Assembly: GCA_040954595.2 (NCBI GenBank)
Contig: CM082595.2
Coordinates: forward strand, 5,172,137-5,236,136
Length of the DNA: 64,000 nucleotides
Direction of reading: 5' to 3'
From: Balanoglossus misakiensis
Lineage: Eukaryota; Animalia; Hemichordata
Position numbers and translations under genes: made by a program. Shown here piece after piece: positions 40,173-59,300 of the stretch; positions within the stretch are counted from its first letter, which is position 1, and the number at the start of each line of letters is the position of its first letter. Below the pieces are notes generated by a model that saw only the letters and a program-made list of their open reading frames with translations, had not been told where the DNA came from and did no database searches.

Positions 40173-41268
40173 TCATGATTGAAGTGGACAGAAATTCAAA
40201 ATGGTGGATTTATGCCACATTTAACAAACACTTCCAAATAATGTTGCATTGTACAGAAATAAGGAAAACGGGAAAAAGTTGAACAAGTTCTACATGCGAT
40301 GAAGATAGAATTATGACCACAAATATCAAATTCTTACAGCTGAGTGCAACACATGACCTCGTTTTAAGTTATGAAGGTTATTCCTATTGGACTTTGCCAT
40401 TTGAAGGTCAACTGTTGAGCAAATCAGATGAACAAAGGGCATACTGCAAAACTATTGTGGTGCGATAGGGTTGGGAACCACTTGATGTAAAAATAATTGA
40501 TGAAAAAGTCTGCATTTGGCATGTAATTTGACAAACAATAAGAGGTTTTTAAATGTGCATCTCCATCAAGACTCGGTAGTTTCAAATTGAATTTTGCATT
40601 GTTTATCATGTTACTATTGTTTGGCTTAAAAAAGTGTCTGCATATCATTATATTTACAATGTCATTTCAGACTCAGGCGTTTAGCCTTTGGTCTTGCACA
40701 TCAATACAATTTCTATATGGAATCGAACTGTTCTGAATAGGAACCATATTCAAAGCAAGGGAAAATAAAGTAACACAGACTTTTGCCCTTCTATCCACTG
40801 GTTATATAGACTTGCACTTTTACAACAAGGGTCCACACTGGACCTGGACCCAGACACCTCAAATTCTACAGTGAGCGCATGCGCATGCATACAGAACCAT
40901 CAAAAATTTTCGGAACAAATTTTCTGACTGAGCATTGCACAGATTGAAATCACAGTAGATGCAGCCTGATCATTCATGTTATTTATGCAGGCAAATATCT
41001 GACATAATCGCGAGGGATCTACAGCCACCAGCGAACTGTAAATCTGACGTGACCTCGGGTCGACCGGTCGCGTACGACACGTTTTCCTGTCTGCAGACGA
41101 ACTTTTCAAGTGACCAAATTATAGGGCTCCCCCGACAAAACTTCGCCGGCGCCTCGACACTTCGAAACGCGAAAGCCCTTAAGCACACATAACATACAAT
41201 AAAAATCGATAACCATAAGAAAATTTTCATAAAATATGCATTTAATGAACAAGGACATTTCCACTTAC

Positions 41269-41345
41269 CAAGCAGAATAGGCTCCACAGACGACGAGACA
41301 GATCATGCGCAGACCCCCTGTGTCACGTGATTCGCTGCACGTACC
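41269..41345 (-). promoter_or_regulatory. Probable GAPDH-A non-coding first exon and promoter
   Basis: Minus-strand donor TTG|GTAAGT at 41268, in a CpG-rich region with an E-box TCACGTGA (~41323) and an NRF1-like CATGCGCA. The matching acceptor is at ~36630. Confidence 0.5.
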
Positions 41346-42208
41346 TGTGATTCCGAGTTTTTAACGAACCTTACAGATTTAATTTTTCTCCTTTTAGCAA
41401 CAAATGCCACACCCCCCTGGTATCTAACTATTCCTTAGTAGTGATTTTAACTGATGTTAAACAGGACTAGCTCGCAAATTACAATTCAAAGTTACTTCCG
41501 GAGATTGCCGAACTGAGGGCATGAACCCGAGTGCAGCTGCACGCATCAATTTGCTGACGCGTCAAACGCGCTCGCGTCGACGCGCATGTTGTCTGCACAA
41601 TCTGACCTTGAACATTCTTGACATGTGATCTGTGCAGTGGTCATCCTGACCGGATAAATATATGACAGCAGTACTGCACTATTATTGTTTGTTCGCTATA
41701 ATACAAAAACAAAGATGGACAATTACGTAACCAGGGGAACACAAAGACTGTTGACAGAACTCATTAACTGTTTCCCGTTATATGCAAATGAGAAAGTTGG
41801 TGTTGGCCAATTGGAACACAGCATGCTCACGGGCCTGGGCCTGAGCTGAGGGTATACCCCCCCCCCCCCCCCCCCCCATGGTATAGCTGCCTTTCCACAG
41901 CTATCTCTATATACTAATTTCCTAAACCTGTTCTACATGCAGAACTTTTACTTCTTTCCTTATTCAGACAATATTCCACATCTATTTGGAGGAGTGATTC
42001 AATGCCTGTGATGTGGATTAATTTATAAAAAAATATAATCGTGCCAATTTTACCTTTTAGAATTTCATACAAACATTTTTTAATATTGCAAAAACTTACA
42101 TAACCAAATTACATTCATCACAATGCTATCACACAACAACATAAATGCAGGGCATGACATGGCTGGCAGAAATAAACTTTATTTGAATTCAACAATCAAT
42201 CCTTGAAA

Positions 42209-45880
<3,672 letters not shown>

Positions 45881-48048
45881 TTTTTTACTTTGTCTATTTC
45901 ACAAGCTACTCTAAGTACCTGGAAAAAAGATGAGCACACATATTAGTAGTAAACATGACAAACTAAAACAAACTCTTTGTCTATGAACTTTGAATCTTAT
46001 TTTCAAACTGAAGATAATTACCTTTAGGTCTAGTATGTTGATTTCCTGTCTTAGAAGATCAACTGGTCTTGGACTACTTACAAGTAGAATAGGTGCAGAG
46101 TTTAACACTTAATTTTATAACTTTTGTATGTTGTAAGTGTATACTAGTTTTCTGTGTCACTTGAGAATAACGCCCCTCCCCCCCCCCCATATTAACTGCC
46201 TAGTCACGCGAGATCTCGCAAGGTCTCGTGGAGTTCGGAAAATGGTCTATGGCAGTCATGGTCCGTGTCCTGGTGTTGGGTTTTGCTAATGCCATCCCTT
46301 CACCGGCAAAACTCGAGCCGGTTGCAAAGCACGGTCACGGCATAGCTGCGAATCCGTAGCCCTACCACTTCCCCATGTCAGTTGACGGCGCGGGGACGCG
46401 TGGTAGGGCTACACTGGCAACAAGGTCAATGCAGGTCATCGCCGGCCGCGCTAGGGTCTGGCAGTCGGCGAAACATGCACCCCCCCCCCCCCGGCCTAAA
46501 CACACAGACCCCACATGTCCTAGAACGGCCAGCCAATGATCTTCTATAAAGTATAAGTTTATACTTCACAACTCACCGATTTCTCGGCCTTCCATGCACT
46601 GACGAGTGACGTGCGTGCGCACGTTAGGGCATATGTAGTCTATCTATGGTTTAGGGGTAGTCGCTAGAGTTGTAGACAAAGAAACTTGGAATCATTGAAA
46701 TGGTGTGAACAAAACAGATGAGATATGCAATTTTGCATGTAGTGTATACATCTACATGTATACAGTTTTAATACAGGGAAGGGTATTTTTTAAAATTAAA
46801 ACAGACCTTTTGCATTTTTAATCCGCAGTTAGCTGCGCTCCCTACCGGGGCTCCCTACATCACATGTACATTTCCCGAAATCAGCACTTCTATCACGCAC
46901 GTCACACGCGCGCGTGTCACGATCAGCTGGGGGGGGGGGGGGGGGGGGGGCTCTATCATTATGGATACGAGCAATAAAAATACCTCAGATGACAACTTAT
47001 TTTACATCGTATTGTCAGCGTGCAAAACTGTAAGTGGTATTTCTACATATAAAAGAGTAATTTAAACAGAGGTCATAGAAACCTTCGTAAATGTGAAATA
47101 TGATTATAATATACATCATGCTAATACTGTGTCATGATTCGCCAGAATCCGTCACGTGATAGGAAAATAGAATCGACTTTGAATCCCTCAGCTGCCAACT
47201 TTTTGCATGATGTCCATGATCTTACTTTCAAACTCAGACCTAAGTGATAAATATGCACAAACACATCATCAACCCTGGATTTAATTATGAGCAAGTTAAT
47301 AAATAATAAACAAGTGCCACACCCGTTTATTCAACCAACCAAAGGTTGCAGTTCTCATGGCAACCTTATATCTAGCCAATCATACATTTGCAGTTGGTGG
47401 CCACGGAAAAAAGCGCCCAACAAGAGGTTATTCAAAGACACACTGTTGTAAACCTTTAACAAAGTTTTCATAGCATGCCATTTATTTTGCATAACAGTTT
47501 TTACAAATAATCTCAGTCTAATGAGTAATAATTAATAATGACAATTTACTTTCACATTCAAAAGTATTCTTCTTTGTCTTTGTATAATCAATGCAAACCA
47601 TTTCATTTGGAATATTAAATATTGTTGCACTAGGTGATTGATGTGAAACTGTTTAAAAAAAAATTACTAAAACAAATTTGGGTTCAGATCCCACTTGTAT
47701 TTTAAAAAGGTTTGTACTTTTAACGCATGTAAGGCATATATTATTGAAATATTTTCAAATTATTCAAAATTCTACTGGATCTACTGCAGACCACACTTTT
47801 GATTCAAGTAACTGCAGGAAGTCATTTGCATAAGGATGTACGATCAGTAAACTTGAAAGTATTGTCATTACTTTTACTTGTTGAATTTTAGTTTCCCCTT
47901 TGAAAGCATAATAAAAAAAAATGAAATATGGGGGTCACAACGCTTGCTTTTGAAGTACAAGGCCACGTGTTACATTGTTTATTGAAGAAAACTGCCGATT
48001 TTCACACATCATATTTCCTGACTTGTACCACTAGTAAATTGATGACGG

Positions 48049-48606
48049 CTACTTGGGGACAAGCTTCTTGTTCTTGATACACTGCCACAACCAATCAGAA
48101 GTCACATGCTTGTCGGAATCGACATTCTGAAAAGCGAAGAGATTCATGAAATCAAAAGAAATTTTATCGGTAATTGGTCACACGCGTACACACACACACA
48201 CACACATGGGTGTTAATTATATGGAGAAAAGGCAAAGTAGTAGGTGACGATGTAAACTTTCTCAAATATTAATTCAAAATGGCCGCCAGTCACTGTGTTA
48301 TGTCTGTGGGAAAAATATAAAGTAGTGATTCCCATGAAAATAAGATGGCGAACACCCTGTTTTCTTCGCAAAAAAAAAAGATAAGGAGGATTTAATAATG
48401 AGTTACCTTTTTATCATCACTGTCATCAACAATGTGAGTTGCCATGTCCTGATCATAGTCGGCAACAATGTTGCCATCAAAGGCGATTATGTATCGTTTC
48501 AACAGATCATGACGGGATGTTGTCTTTGGCAGGAAAATTTGCATACCAGTGAAGACATCAGGTAAATGCTGAAAAAGGACAAAAACCACCAATAAGGGCA
48601 TATTAC

Positions 48607-48692
<86 letters not shown>

Positions 48693-48742
48693 CATAGATT
48701 AGATACATACATACATACATACATACATACATACATACACAC

Positions 48743-48781
<39 letters not shown>

Positions 48782-50264
48782 TACATACATACATACATAC
48801 ATACATACATACATACATACATACATACATACATACATACATACATACATACATACATACATACATACCTTGCTAGGTGTGGCACCTTTTGAGGGTGACT
48901 TCATTTCTGTTCTAGCTGTGTGGTCATACTGTTCAAGATGTTTGGGGTTTTTCTGGTAGCAGTCTGGTCCATACTTGCAAAACGGCTTCTGAAATAACAA
49001 AATCAACTCATCCGTTCTACAGACGTACTTCTTTAACCCTTTCACCCCCAGTTTCCTCTTTAGAGGTCCAACCTTACCATAGAAAACAATGGGTTTGGAC
49101 CAAACCATGGTGGTGAAAGGGTTAAGTAACGTACTAAAATGTATAATCAGATGTTTGATGTTCTCTTGAATAGTTTTGTCTTCAAATGGTGTGTGTTTAG
49201 GGTCGGAGGGTATAGGTGATTATTGTAACTTTGTACACAGGATTAAGTAAAAACCTGTCCAAGCAGTAGTATTAAAAAAAATGTCACCATTGATGTTTTG
49301 CCAAAAAGATCCAAAGAACTTCGAACCTTCTTAATGGCTGGCTCATCATCATCTTCTTCTTCTTCTTCCTGTCGTTTCCTTTTCACTAAAGCCTTCCCTT
49401 TCGATGGGCTGGAGGAGATAGCACCCCCAAAGTTGTCATTCTGTCTCTTAGCTTTCCCTTTCGACGGGCTAGATGAAGTGATCTCGCCATTGCTGTTTTC
49501 GTTGGATGTCTTGGTGGTGCTTGTCCCTAGCATATCAGGGATGTCCGAGTGTTCTTTGGATTTCTTGTACAGTAACTGTGAAATAAAATAAAAGCAACTA
49601 CTGTAAAACGGGTTATTTTCGCGGCAGGATATTTTTTGCGATATCAAAAGAGGCAACTGTTACACGAATGACATCATAGTTCTTGCATGATGCACACGAT
49701 TTCGTCATAGTTCTTGCCTGTTTCGCGCAATTTTCATAAAATTTGCGTATTTGACATTGTTATTTTAACTTCTGGGTTTACGAAGCTCTAAAAAGTTTAG
49801 GGTCGGCGAGTTAAAATAAGGGTAGGTCGGGTAATCGGAATTGCACAATTTTTTTTATTTTGGCCTGATTATCTGCAAGTACCTTTAGTCTGGGCAAATC
49901 CGTGGCCTCTTCCCACGACTTATCATCCCGGATCTTGGTGCAGCGGGGAAATCGGATTGATATTCCATCGGCCGTGTGCGAGCTGGACTGGCTGAACTCC
50001 GCTCCCGTTATCTCCCACACAGGTGCCAGCTGGAATGAACGCACACGGAAGGGGATTATTCTCCGGCTGCAAGATCAGGCCGTTTATTAAAAACCCCACT
50101 TTCAGCACATTTTTAATCAATAAAATTCTCCGACCTTTTCCTCCTCCTGAGTCAACAGATGACACCATTTTGAATTTATGAAGATTCTAATACCTGTGTG
50201 CACCTTCAATGCACTCTTGTAACGAGTGGCTGAATAAATGGGTGTGGATAGATAGATATACATG

Positions 50265-50300
<36 letters not shown>

Positions 50301-50307
50301 TACATGT

Positions 50308-50342
<35 letters not shown>

Positions 50343-50349
50343 TACATGT

Positions 50350-50380
<31 letters not shown>

Positions 50381-53300
50381 TACATGTATAGATAGATAGA
50401 TACATGTAGATAGATAGATGGACGGACGGACGGGTGGGTGGGTGGGTAGGTGGATGGACGGACAGACAGACAGACAGGTAGATAGAGAAACAGACTGACA
50501 CAGACAGACAGAAATATAGACATGTATTGAATTTTTGATGACAAACACATTGGCATAGGTAAAATCCTGCCGCTATACTTTTTTGGGGGTGGAGTGTGTA
50601 CGTGTTTACGGGTGTCAGGTCAGAGTGAAGCCAGAAATGGCAACAGGAGACATGGAAGGTTGTGCATGACGACTTCCTGTGGCGTCAAGCGGTTGCTAGC
50701 ATTGGCTTTGCGCAATCGTGATGAAGCCCACCACCAGGTCAAAGATATCCTTGGAACCCAGGAACTCGGGAATTAATGAGAAGTAGTCAAGGGTGACAGC
50801 ACAAAAATGACAGTTGGTCTGTCTTCCAACAGAATCACGAATATGCATCTCTTATACAACTTGTTGATCTGTTTTTTTCTTGAACCGAATCTACGATCCA
50901 AAATGTTAAACAGTTCAGTCATATCCTGTGTACATCTACTTCGGAACAATACACAGGTTGTGGTTTCAGTCACTGATACAAAGTTCCTATTTTCATCAAG
51001 ATAATACTATAGTTCCATCCCATTGTTCCGCTGGCATAGTTGGGCCCAAGTAAATGGAAACAGGGAGAGTTTCAAAGTGTGAACATTCATCTGTGACACA
51101 CACACATGCGCACATACAAATACATGCACGCACACAAATACACACACACTCACAAACAAATACACACACACACACACACAGTTTGTCTATCTGGTCTGTC
51201 TGAAAAATCTTCATGTATGCATAAAGGCATTAGCAACCGTGTATTCCCAGACACATAACAGAGGACAAGGCGCAGTGCTAATGTCTAAAAGCATTGGCGA
51301 TGCTTATTCTGTTATTCGCGCAGGTAGATATATATCCCAGCTTACTTTTGGGTCTTTGACAACAAAATCTGGAACCAGAGATTTATTGATCAACAGCCAA
51401 CTGGGGACCCGGGTCACGTCTTTGCTGATCTTCACCACCTGAAGCGTTTTGTTGATCTGGTCTAAGGTCTTGTCGTCATGGCCGCCGCTGCACTTGGTAA
51501 CCGTGCACCATTTCCCCGAGTCCGGATCGTACACGCCCATCATAAATACGGACATGATTCCACCTATGTTGAAAGACGGGAGTTCAAATAAAGATATCTT
51601 TATGCATACCTGCGATCAACTTCAAAGCTTAATAAACACCACTGCAAAATAACCAATGCAGGGAACGTTTCCCAAAAGTAAAACCAGAAAGTCTCGAATA
51701 CCTTTATCTGACTTGTACTTTTCCTAAAATGTACTAGATTAAACAATGGGGTGACGAATATTTAACTCAAAAGTCTACTATTTCAACATTATTTAGACAC
51801 ATTTTGGATTGGCCCAAATCTACTGTTTTCTACAGTAAAATTGGACTTCTACACAAGGAAACAGGGGACTGAAAGGCTTAACAGTCAAGCTCTGAAAATG
51901 CAAGCAGAATCTCATGCAAATTTTGCAAGTCACTGATTTTCACGAAAGGTTGTGAGTTTAAATATTTTCAATTTCATAGTTCCGAATATCGATAACATGC
52001 TCATTTCTTGCTAGAAAATCCACAACACGCTTGGTTTCTCTCTGTATATAGACGTAAAACACACAGCTGAGTGTGTGTGGTGCGAAATTCTAATAGACTC
52101 CTGGCAGAAACTGACCCCTAGAGGGAGACATACCTTTGTTCCCTGTTCCATAGTACGCCCCGAGGACGACCAAATCTGCCGTGTCGGCCATGGCCCCCTC
52201 AGCTAAGTAGTCTTTCTTCACTTTCAACCAATGCCGTTTCCCTGGCTCGTAAAAACTCTGTTGGTATCAGAAAAAAAAAGTGGCATTTTCCTTTGTAAGA
52301 TTATTCCACAAAACCGATGCTACCAAATATAACAAATTCGTGTCGCTTCGAATTACATTTCTTTCATTAATTTTCATCAACACAAAGTCTTTGTTTCAGT
52401 TAACAATTGCTATCGGAAAAGTCTTTATTTGTCAATTTATGCTGATGGGGGAATTAAATTGTACACTAAAATATCAATATATTTCGGTATTAAAATTGCC
52501 AAGAACGTTGCTATATACTCCAACCAGGTATCAATTTATTGGGTAAATTACTCAATCTCTGTGGCTGGTTCACGAAAACTCAGTTAGTTATTTGACAGCC
52601 ACATGGAAGAATAATCATCCACTGTACTGGAATATCACTACAATCGTGGAGGCCCAGACACATTCGCGATTTTTTTCCTTTTCTGCATTTCAGACTCACC
52701 TTCAGATCTTTTAAGACCAGTCCTTCTAAGCCCTCTCTGATGGTTCTCATAATCAAGCCTTTCAAATCGTCCGGTTTCTACAAAGACAGAATTACATTAT
52801 CACTATCCAATTTTTGGTAGTTTGTGATAGCGATGTTTCCACGACATAATTAGATTCAATGAAAGATGGAAAATAAATGACCTTAGAGAATATCCTTATA
52901 TAATTTGCACTTTATGAAGCGATAGTTTCATTTTCATATCCACACTTTTTTTCAATATTCATGACATTTTAATCAATTCTACATTTATTGAAATATGATT
53001 AACATTTAAAACATCAAAGACAGTCAGATTTTGCCATTGTATTTTATGACTAGATTTCAAATTGACAATGGACAATTCCAATTTGCAATGTCACAATTAA
53101 ATCCCACCACCCCTAAAAACCAAATGGTTGAGCCCTTGATTAGGATACTCACAGTGACCAGCTGAGCCTCTGTAAACATAATTTTATTCGGAATCTCTGT
53201 CATGTTTTCTCTCAGTATTTTCTTCCGTTGTGTTATTGGCCTGTCAACGCAAAAAAAATAAACTCGCTGAAATTCTTCTTGTGCAGAAAAACCGAGAAAA

Positions 53301-56300
53301 CCAACGCAAACCAATGCTGCAATCCTATTTAAGATGTAGCCATTTACCAATTAGCATTATCGCCACGGTAACATCTGAAGCTACTCACTTGTCCATGAGG
53401 TTCTCCCCGTTGAAGTGGAGGCAATCAAACACAAACAAACACACACTGGCATCTTTGAAAGCAGTTTTCTGTGAAGGAAGAAAACAAAACAACATATCCA
53501 GAGTGAAAATGATTTATACGGAATAGGTTACTAAGGGAGTGTTCAGAAAATACTTAAGGGGGGTGGGACTGAGGATTTTCTGTTTTCTTTGAGATTTTTT
53601 TTCTATGACCCCTTAAAAGAATGTGATGGTTTTTGTTGGACCCCTCCCCCCAAAAAGCTTGTGAAAAATCTATGCCCCCCCCAAAAAAAGCATGTGAAAA
53701 ATCTATACCCCCCCCCAAAAAAAAAGCATGTGAAAAATCTATGCCCCCCCCCCCCCCAAAAAAAAAGCATGTGAAAAATCCATGCCCCCCACCCCCGGTC
53801 TAATGATCATACCTTGTGAATTCCAAGAGAGCCAAATGGAAGGGGTGTTCCTGTTTTGTTGTCCACCAATAGAACCTGTTGAAATCAAGACAGAGAGACA
53901 CATGTGAGCTACAGACAATATCCGATCTTCTGAACTTGTTCACCACGGGAGGGGAGGGGAGGGGGGGGGGGGGAGGGGAGGGTAAAGAGGGTTTGCTGGC
54001 GCCCGAAACAGGGACAGATCTGAATCCTGTTTCCAGTACTGCAGCTCACGGCTAACCCATGGTTGTCCTGGCTTCGAAAATGGAAGTGGTGACCAGCTAT
54101 AAAGTTCAGGCCTTTCTCTACATGCAGTTTAGTACAGCAATATACATTGGATGCCAAGAGTTGCACTGACTTAGTATAACGTACACTCACATTAGGTGAT
54201 TTCCTGTCCATTGTGAGATCTCGCGAGAGTTGGTTATTTTAATTTTGCAAACAGGCTGCCAGCCAATAAACACAAGTTAAGCTTCGTCTGAATCTGGACT
54301 AGCTGCAGAGTTGAACAAAAATTGCAACTTTTTGTGACGGGAGTATGTTGTATGTCACATGAGAATGTCCCCCAATGAGATCTCTCAGGGTCCGACAGTC
54401 TGTGGCAGTTTGGAAAATAGTAAATTGAGTTGTACACCCTTACCTCACTGTCTAAAATAAGACTGTTGCCATGGGGACAAGCCTTTGGCAGGAAGTCTTT
54501 AAAATGGGCCACTTTGTGAGGGAGGACTGGTTTCAGGCTGCGGCTGTAGTACTCGAACTTTTCTCCTTGTTTGTGAACCTGTACTCGCTCACCGTCGTAC
54601 TTTATCTCAGCGTACATTCCATTGGGACACTTTCTCATGGCCTGGTCTACAGACTTGCAGGCCTCAGCCTAGAGAAGAACAAAAACATGCAACCAAATGA
54701 AGCAGTAGAAGTTAAGGCCAGGAAGAAAAAATAAATTGTTCATCGGAATCGCCGCTTCTACTTTGGCTGATTTGGAATTTTTTTTTGGGGGGGGGGGGGG
54801 GGATTTTGGCAAATTCTACTTCCGCGTTACAAAATTCTTAGTACAGTAAAACTCCAATTATCCGAACTGACAGGGGGACATTGATTTTTTTCGGATATGC
54901 AGACAGTTCGGTTATTCGGATAACGATCTTATACAAAAGAACTGTTTGGGGGACATGACAGCAGTTCGGATAACCAAACAGTTCGGATAATTGGAGTTCG
55001 GATAATTGGAGTTTTACTGTACTGGCGCTGGTGGCCAGAATATGTTGTGCAAACACCAACTGTAAATGTAATGGCCTATGTTATTGTTGGGAAATATAGT
55101 ATTGAATTCAGTTACAGGTACATGTATCAGTGTTTTTGTCTGAGATATTTCTGGTAAAAAGGCAAACAATTATCTCGCCTTGTCTACATCTGTGCAAATA
55201 TGCCAGAGAACAGCATTTACCTTCAGCCTATAAAAAAATAAAAATATTCGCTCGCCGCTCCTGGAACTTGGTCCAAAAAATCCGATGAACAATTTATTTT
55301 TTCTTCCGGGCCTAAGTATTCTTTGTTTGCATTTCAAACAAGCATAAACAGTTGAAAGACTATAAAAATCTGATTTGAGCGAGTGATGAGCGCCCTCTAA
55401 AGGCACACACTATAAATTCTTTCTACTTACCAGCATTGGCAAGACTGGCGTCATCAGGGATGCTCTCACACTCAGCTTCTTCTTCATTCCGGGTTTTCCG
55501 TCGCTGCTTTCCCGGTTTTCCAACACTCTGTCGACAACATCCTTCAGATCCCTGGAAGCCTGAAATGCTTCATAGGCATTCGGATCAAGTGCCTCCAATC
55601 TGTTTAGGAAAACAGTATTGCAAAGGGTGTCATGTCTTGGAAAATCTCTATACTGTAACACAGGTTATTTTCCCAGCAATAAATTTTCATGAAATACGCG
55701 AGAGCCAAAAAAACATGTAAATATAAAGTTGTGAAAAAAAGAGTGCCACAATATGTTCTTTAGAACACTCAAATACACCATTTCACCCATATATGGGCGG
55801 ATGTAAATTGGAGGTGACTGTATACCTCTAAGCTCATCATTTCAGTATCTGGTTTTGACTGGTTTGGACCGGTACTTGCAACGGGAGTGGCACCTTTCAC
55901 CACCATGGTTTGGTCCAAAACCATTGCTTTCTATGGCAAAATTGGACCTCTACACAGGGAAATGGGGGGTGAAAGGCTTACATGTGCTTGGCTCCTGCGT
56001 TGATTCTCAAGTCATGTTTCAACAATCTGATGATAGTCTTCAAATCATTGCCAGTACATTTCTTGGCGATCCGGGTCAGTTCTCTCTGCTGCTCATCTTC
56101 TTTGGTCAGTGCCGTCATTCTGTCCAGAAAATCATTTACCTGAGACAGGCAGAGAGAAAAAAAGAACACTTAAGGGAATCTTATAATCAGTACATTAGTT
56201 AAATGAGGCAGTATTTGAGAATGAAAACTTCAATTAAATGTTAACGTTCCCATTTTAGGAACCAACTAAATAATTTTTAATTTCTGTCATTAAACGGTCC

Positions 56301-59300
56301 CTTCATTTTCTGCCAGGCTAGCTGCCTTGCTGTGATATCCTCCTGCTCATCCAGATAAGAAAATAAAGTTGACTTTTAGAAGCTGCCCTTGCATATCGGT
56401 ATAACTGTAGTGACATGAAATTCAATATCTACACTCTTGCGTTTCTCAATCTGATGCTGACTACAGACCTGATCACATGACCTACCTCTTGCAGTGACAA
56501 TGTACTCTTCTTGATTGGAATCACAACCGAGCTTTCTTCAAAGTATTTACGGATTGTCTCAGACACGTCGCCCTGTTCCAGATCTGTCATCATTTCTTCC
56601 TGACTTGTTCCAAATATCTATCGCATTTTACAAAAAAAAAATTTAAAAAATGCAAAAAAAGTAAAATTACACATTAATATTAAACTACTGCCACACTCTA
56701 TGGCATTCTGTGGTACAATACAATTGTATATTATTATGGTATGTGGAGTCCCAATATGGCTGACCAATGAGGCCAGTAAGTCACAGAGTAAAAACTTAAT
56801 CTTCTGTTGTATAGTTTCTATAGTTGGGACAACCACATTTTATTGTATTAAAGTAAGTTTGAGACCCAACTTGTATCATATATATTAAACAACAAACCAG
56901 ACCAGCTCGAGCAGTCCTCTGTGACCTACTAGCCTCGTTTTCGCGCCGTCTGCTTGGAGATGACGCCATGTTTTGGAAGGGCGCAATCTTAACGAAAATG
57001 ACAAGGCGTGTAACCTTGAGATTCACACGACCTTGACACCGACATACCTGGCTGTAGAGCTTGATGAGTTGTTTGTTGTTGATGTTGTAGACTCTCTTGA
57101 CGGCCCCGGGCAGCAGAAGTCTCAGGAGAAGATACAAATCACCTTTGAATCCATCTGAGCCAGACACAAAGATTATAAAGGCTGTGAGTTTAACAAACTC
57201 CACACTTTACATTTTGTAAGTAACAACGCGCAAAGAAACAGTTAGAAATGTCTGTTGATGTATGTGTTTTGTTACATATGTCCTTACAATGAACACAGAT
57301 TGAGCCTTACAGAAGGAAAGTACTGACAATCTATTTTTTTTTTTGATGAAAACAGTTAAAAAGAAACATTGTGTCTGAATGTGTGGTTCAGACCACAATG
57401 AATGCTTCAGTGATAAGAATGCATCACCCTATTAACAAAACACAAGTCAAGATCACTTCCCTTGTGTTACACAATCACTCTGTTTCTCATCAATAGGACT
57501 GATGAAAAACTCGATGGTCGGTAGAACTCCTTCTGTCCAGCTCAAAATGTTATGACGCTGTACTAGTCCAGATATTCTGGAGACTAACGCAGACATTGGA
57601 CCCACCTCCACTGTTGCCTTTGTGGATGTACACAGAGACCAGTTTGGTTTTGCCGAGATAGCTGGACTCCTCGGCCACGTCCACGCAGAGCCTGCGAAAT
57701 TGGCGGAATGAGTTATCGCGCTTTGTGGCCGGGTTCTCATCCTCCTGTTTGGATGGCCCTGCATCTGCAAAAGAAAGAAGCGATATGGTATTGATAATAC
57801 ACTCAGTGTAACTCATCCAGCATTCTACATGTTGCATACTGTAAAACACTTTATTTTCGTGAGCAATAAATTTTCACGAAATACGCGAAAGCCAAAATAG
57901 CGTGAAAATAAAAAGTCGCGTAATTTTTTTTTAAGATAACGATGCAGTGAATGAAATATGAGAAAGCGAAAATTAATTCTGCGAAGCAGTGGTCTCTCTC
58001 GATATCGCGAAAATTTCAACTCGCGAAAATAAAGTGTTTTACAGTATGTGGAGAGACGAAAGGAATTTGAGAAGCATTATGATTCGGAAGCTTATCTCAA
58101 AATCCACAATTCAGAATACATGTATGTACTGGAAATCTCATTCTGTATTCCTTTTGGAAGAACGAAAATATTGAGTATGTGATGAAGATCACATACGGCC
58201 AAAACATAATGGTAGTACTCAAAGATTGTATTTAACCCTTTCACCCCCAGTTTCTTGTATAGTGGTCCAACTTTACCATTGAACACTATGGGTTTGATTG
58301 AACTAATGACCTTACCATCATCAATGTCAAACTTCTGAGGCGTTTTCGTGGGTGTGGCTTTGGTCGGTGTTCCTTTGGTTGGCGACTGCAACGCACCAGT
58401 AGTGGTTATGGTGGCTTGTACAGTCGCTCTCTTTGTGGGCGTTTTCTTCGGAGATGACGACTTGGCTGCCAGTTCTGTTTAAATCATCAAATCAGAGAGA
58501 ATCATTGCAGTGACCTTTGGATTGGGTTGTTGCTGGGTCGCAATAATTGTAGCCTTTGAGGGCTGGGTTGGGTGGCTGGCTCGCGCTATTTAGCTATAGT
58601 TACCATGGTAAATTGAGATCTAGCCAATCACAGATTTTCAGTGGGTGGCACACATGAAAAAAAGAGCGCCACCATATGTTCTTTAGAACGCTCAAATACT
58701 CCATTTCACCCATATATGGGCGTATGTAAATTGGAGGTGACTGTATACCTTTAACAGTGATCTCACCTCTGATATGCTTCCTAATTTCTTCCTTCTCTTC
58801 ATCTTCCATGTTCTGGAATCCTTCCAGATCGCTCGGATCTTCAATTTTCTTCGTGGTCGCCCTGGCACGGGAGAGCGTCTCGAACATGCAGGCGATGTGG
58901 TAGTACTGCTTCATGTCGCCGCCGTCATCCGAGAAGTAATTCGGAACATGCTTGGCAATCCTCGCCCCCTTCTTGCTGATGTTCTGTTTGCATTTCTTGC
59001 ATTTGGAGGTGCCCAGTTTGGCGTAGTCACACGAGTATTTGTTGTCCGTCATTGCGGTCGGCGATTTGTGGAAAAAACGGAACTGGGACGTGCGTGGGGC
59101 GAAACTGATCAACTCCCTGTTATTTCCTGACGGGTTCGAATTAAACGACGCTCCGCCAAAACTTGATAAGAACCACCGCGCTCTTCTGTTTGTAAGCTCA
59201 GGGTGCCGTATATCCCTCTGTAATCTTCTAACTCCTTGCTTCAGTTCATCTGATTCTTTTGACCTCTTAACCGTGCTCGCATCTGCACGTCCTATCGACC

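Noticed and set aside
50560-51060. Coding-looking stretch in a LIG3 intron
   Set aside because: The frames are short, with no recognisable domain or consistent splice sites.
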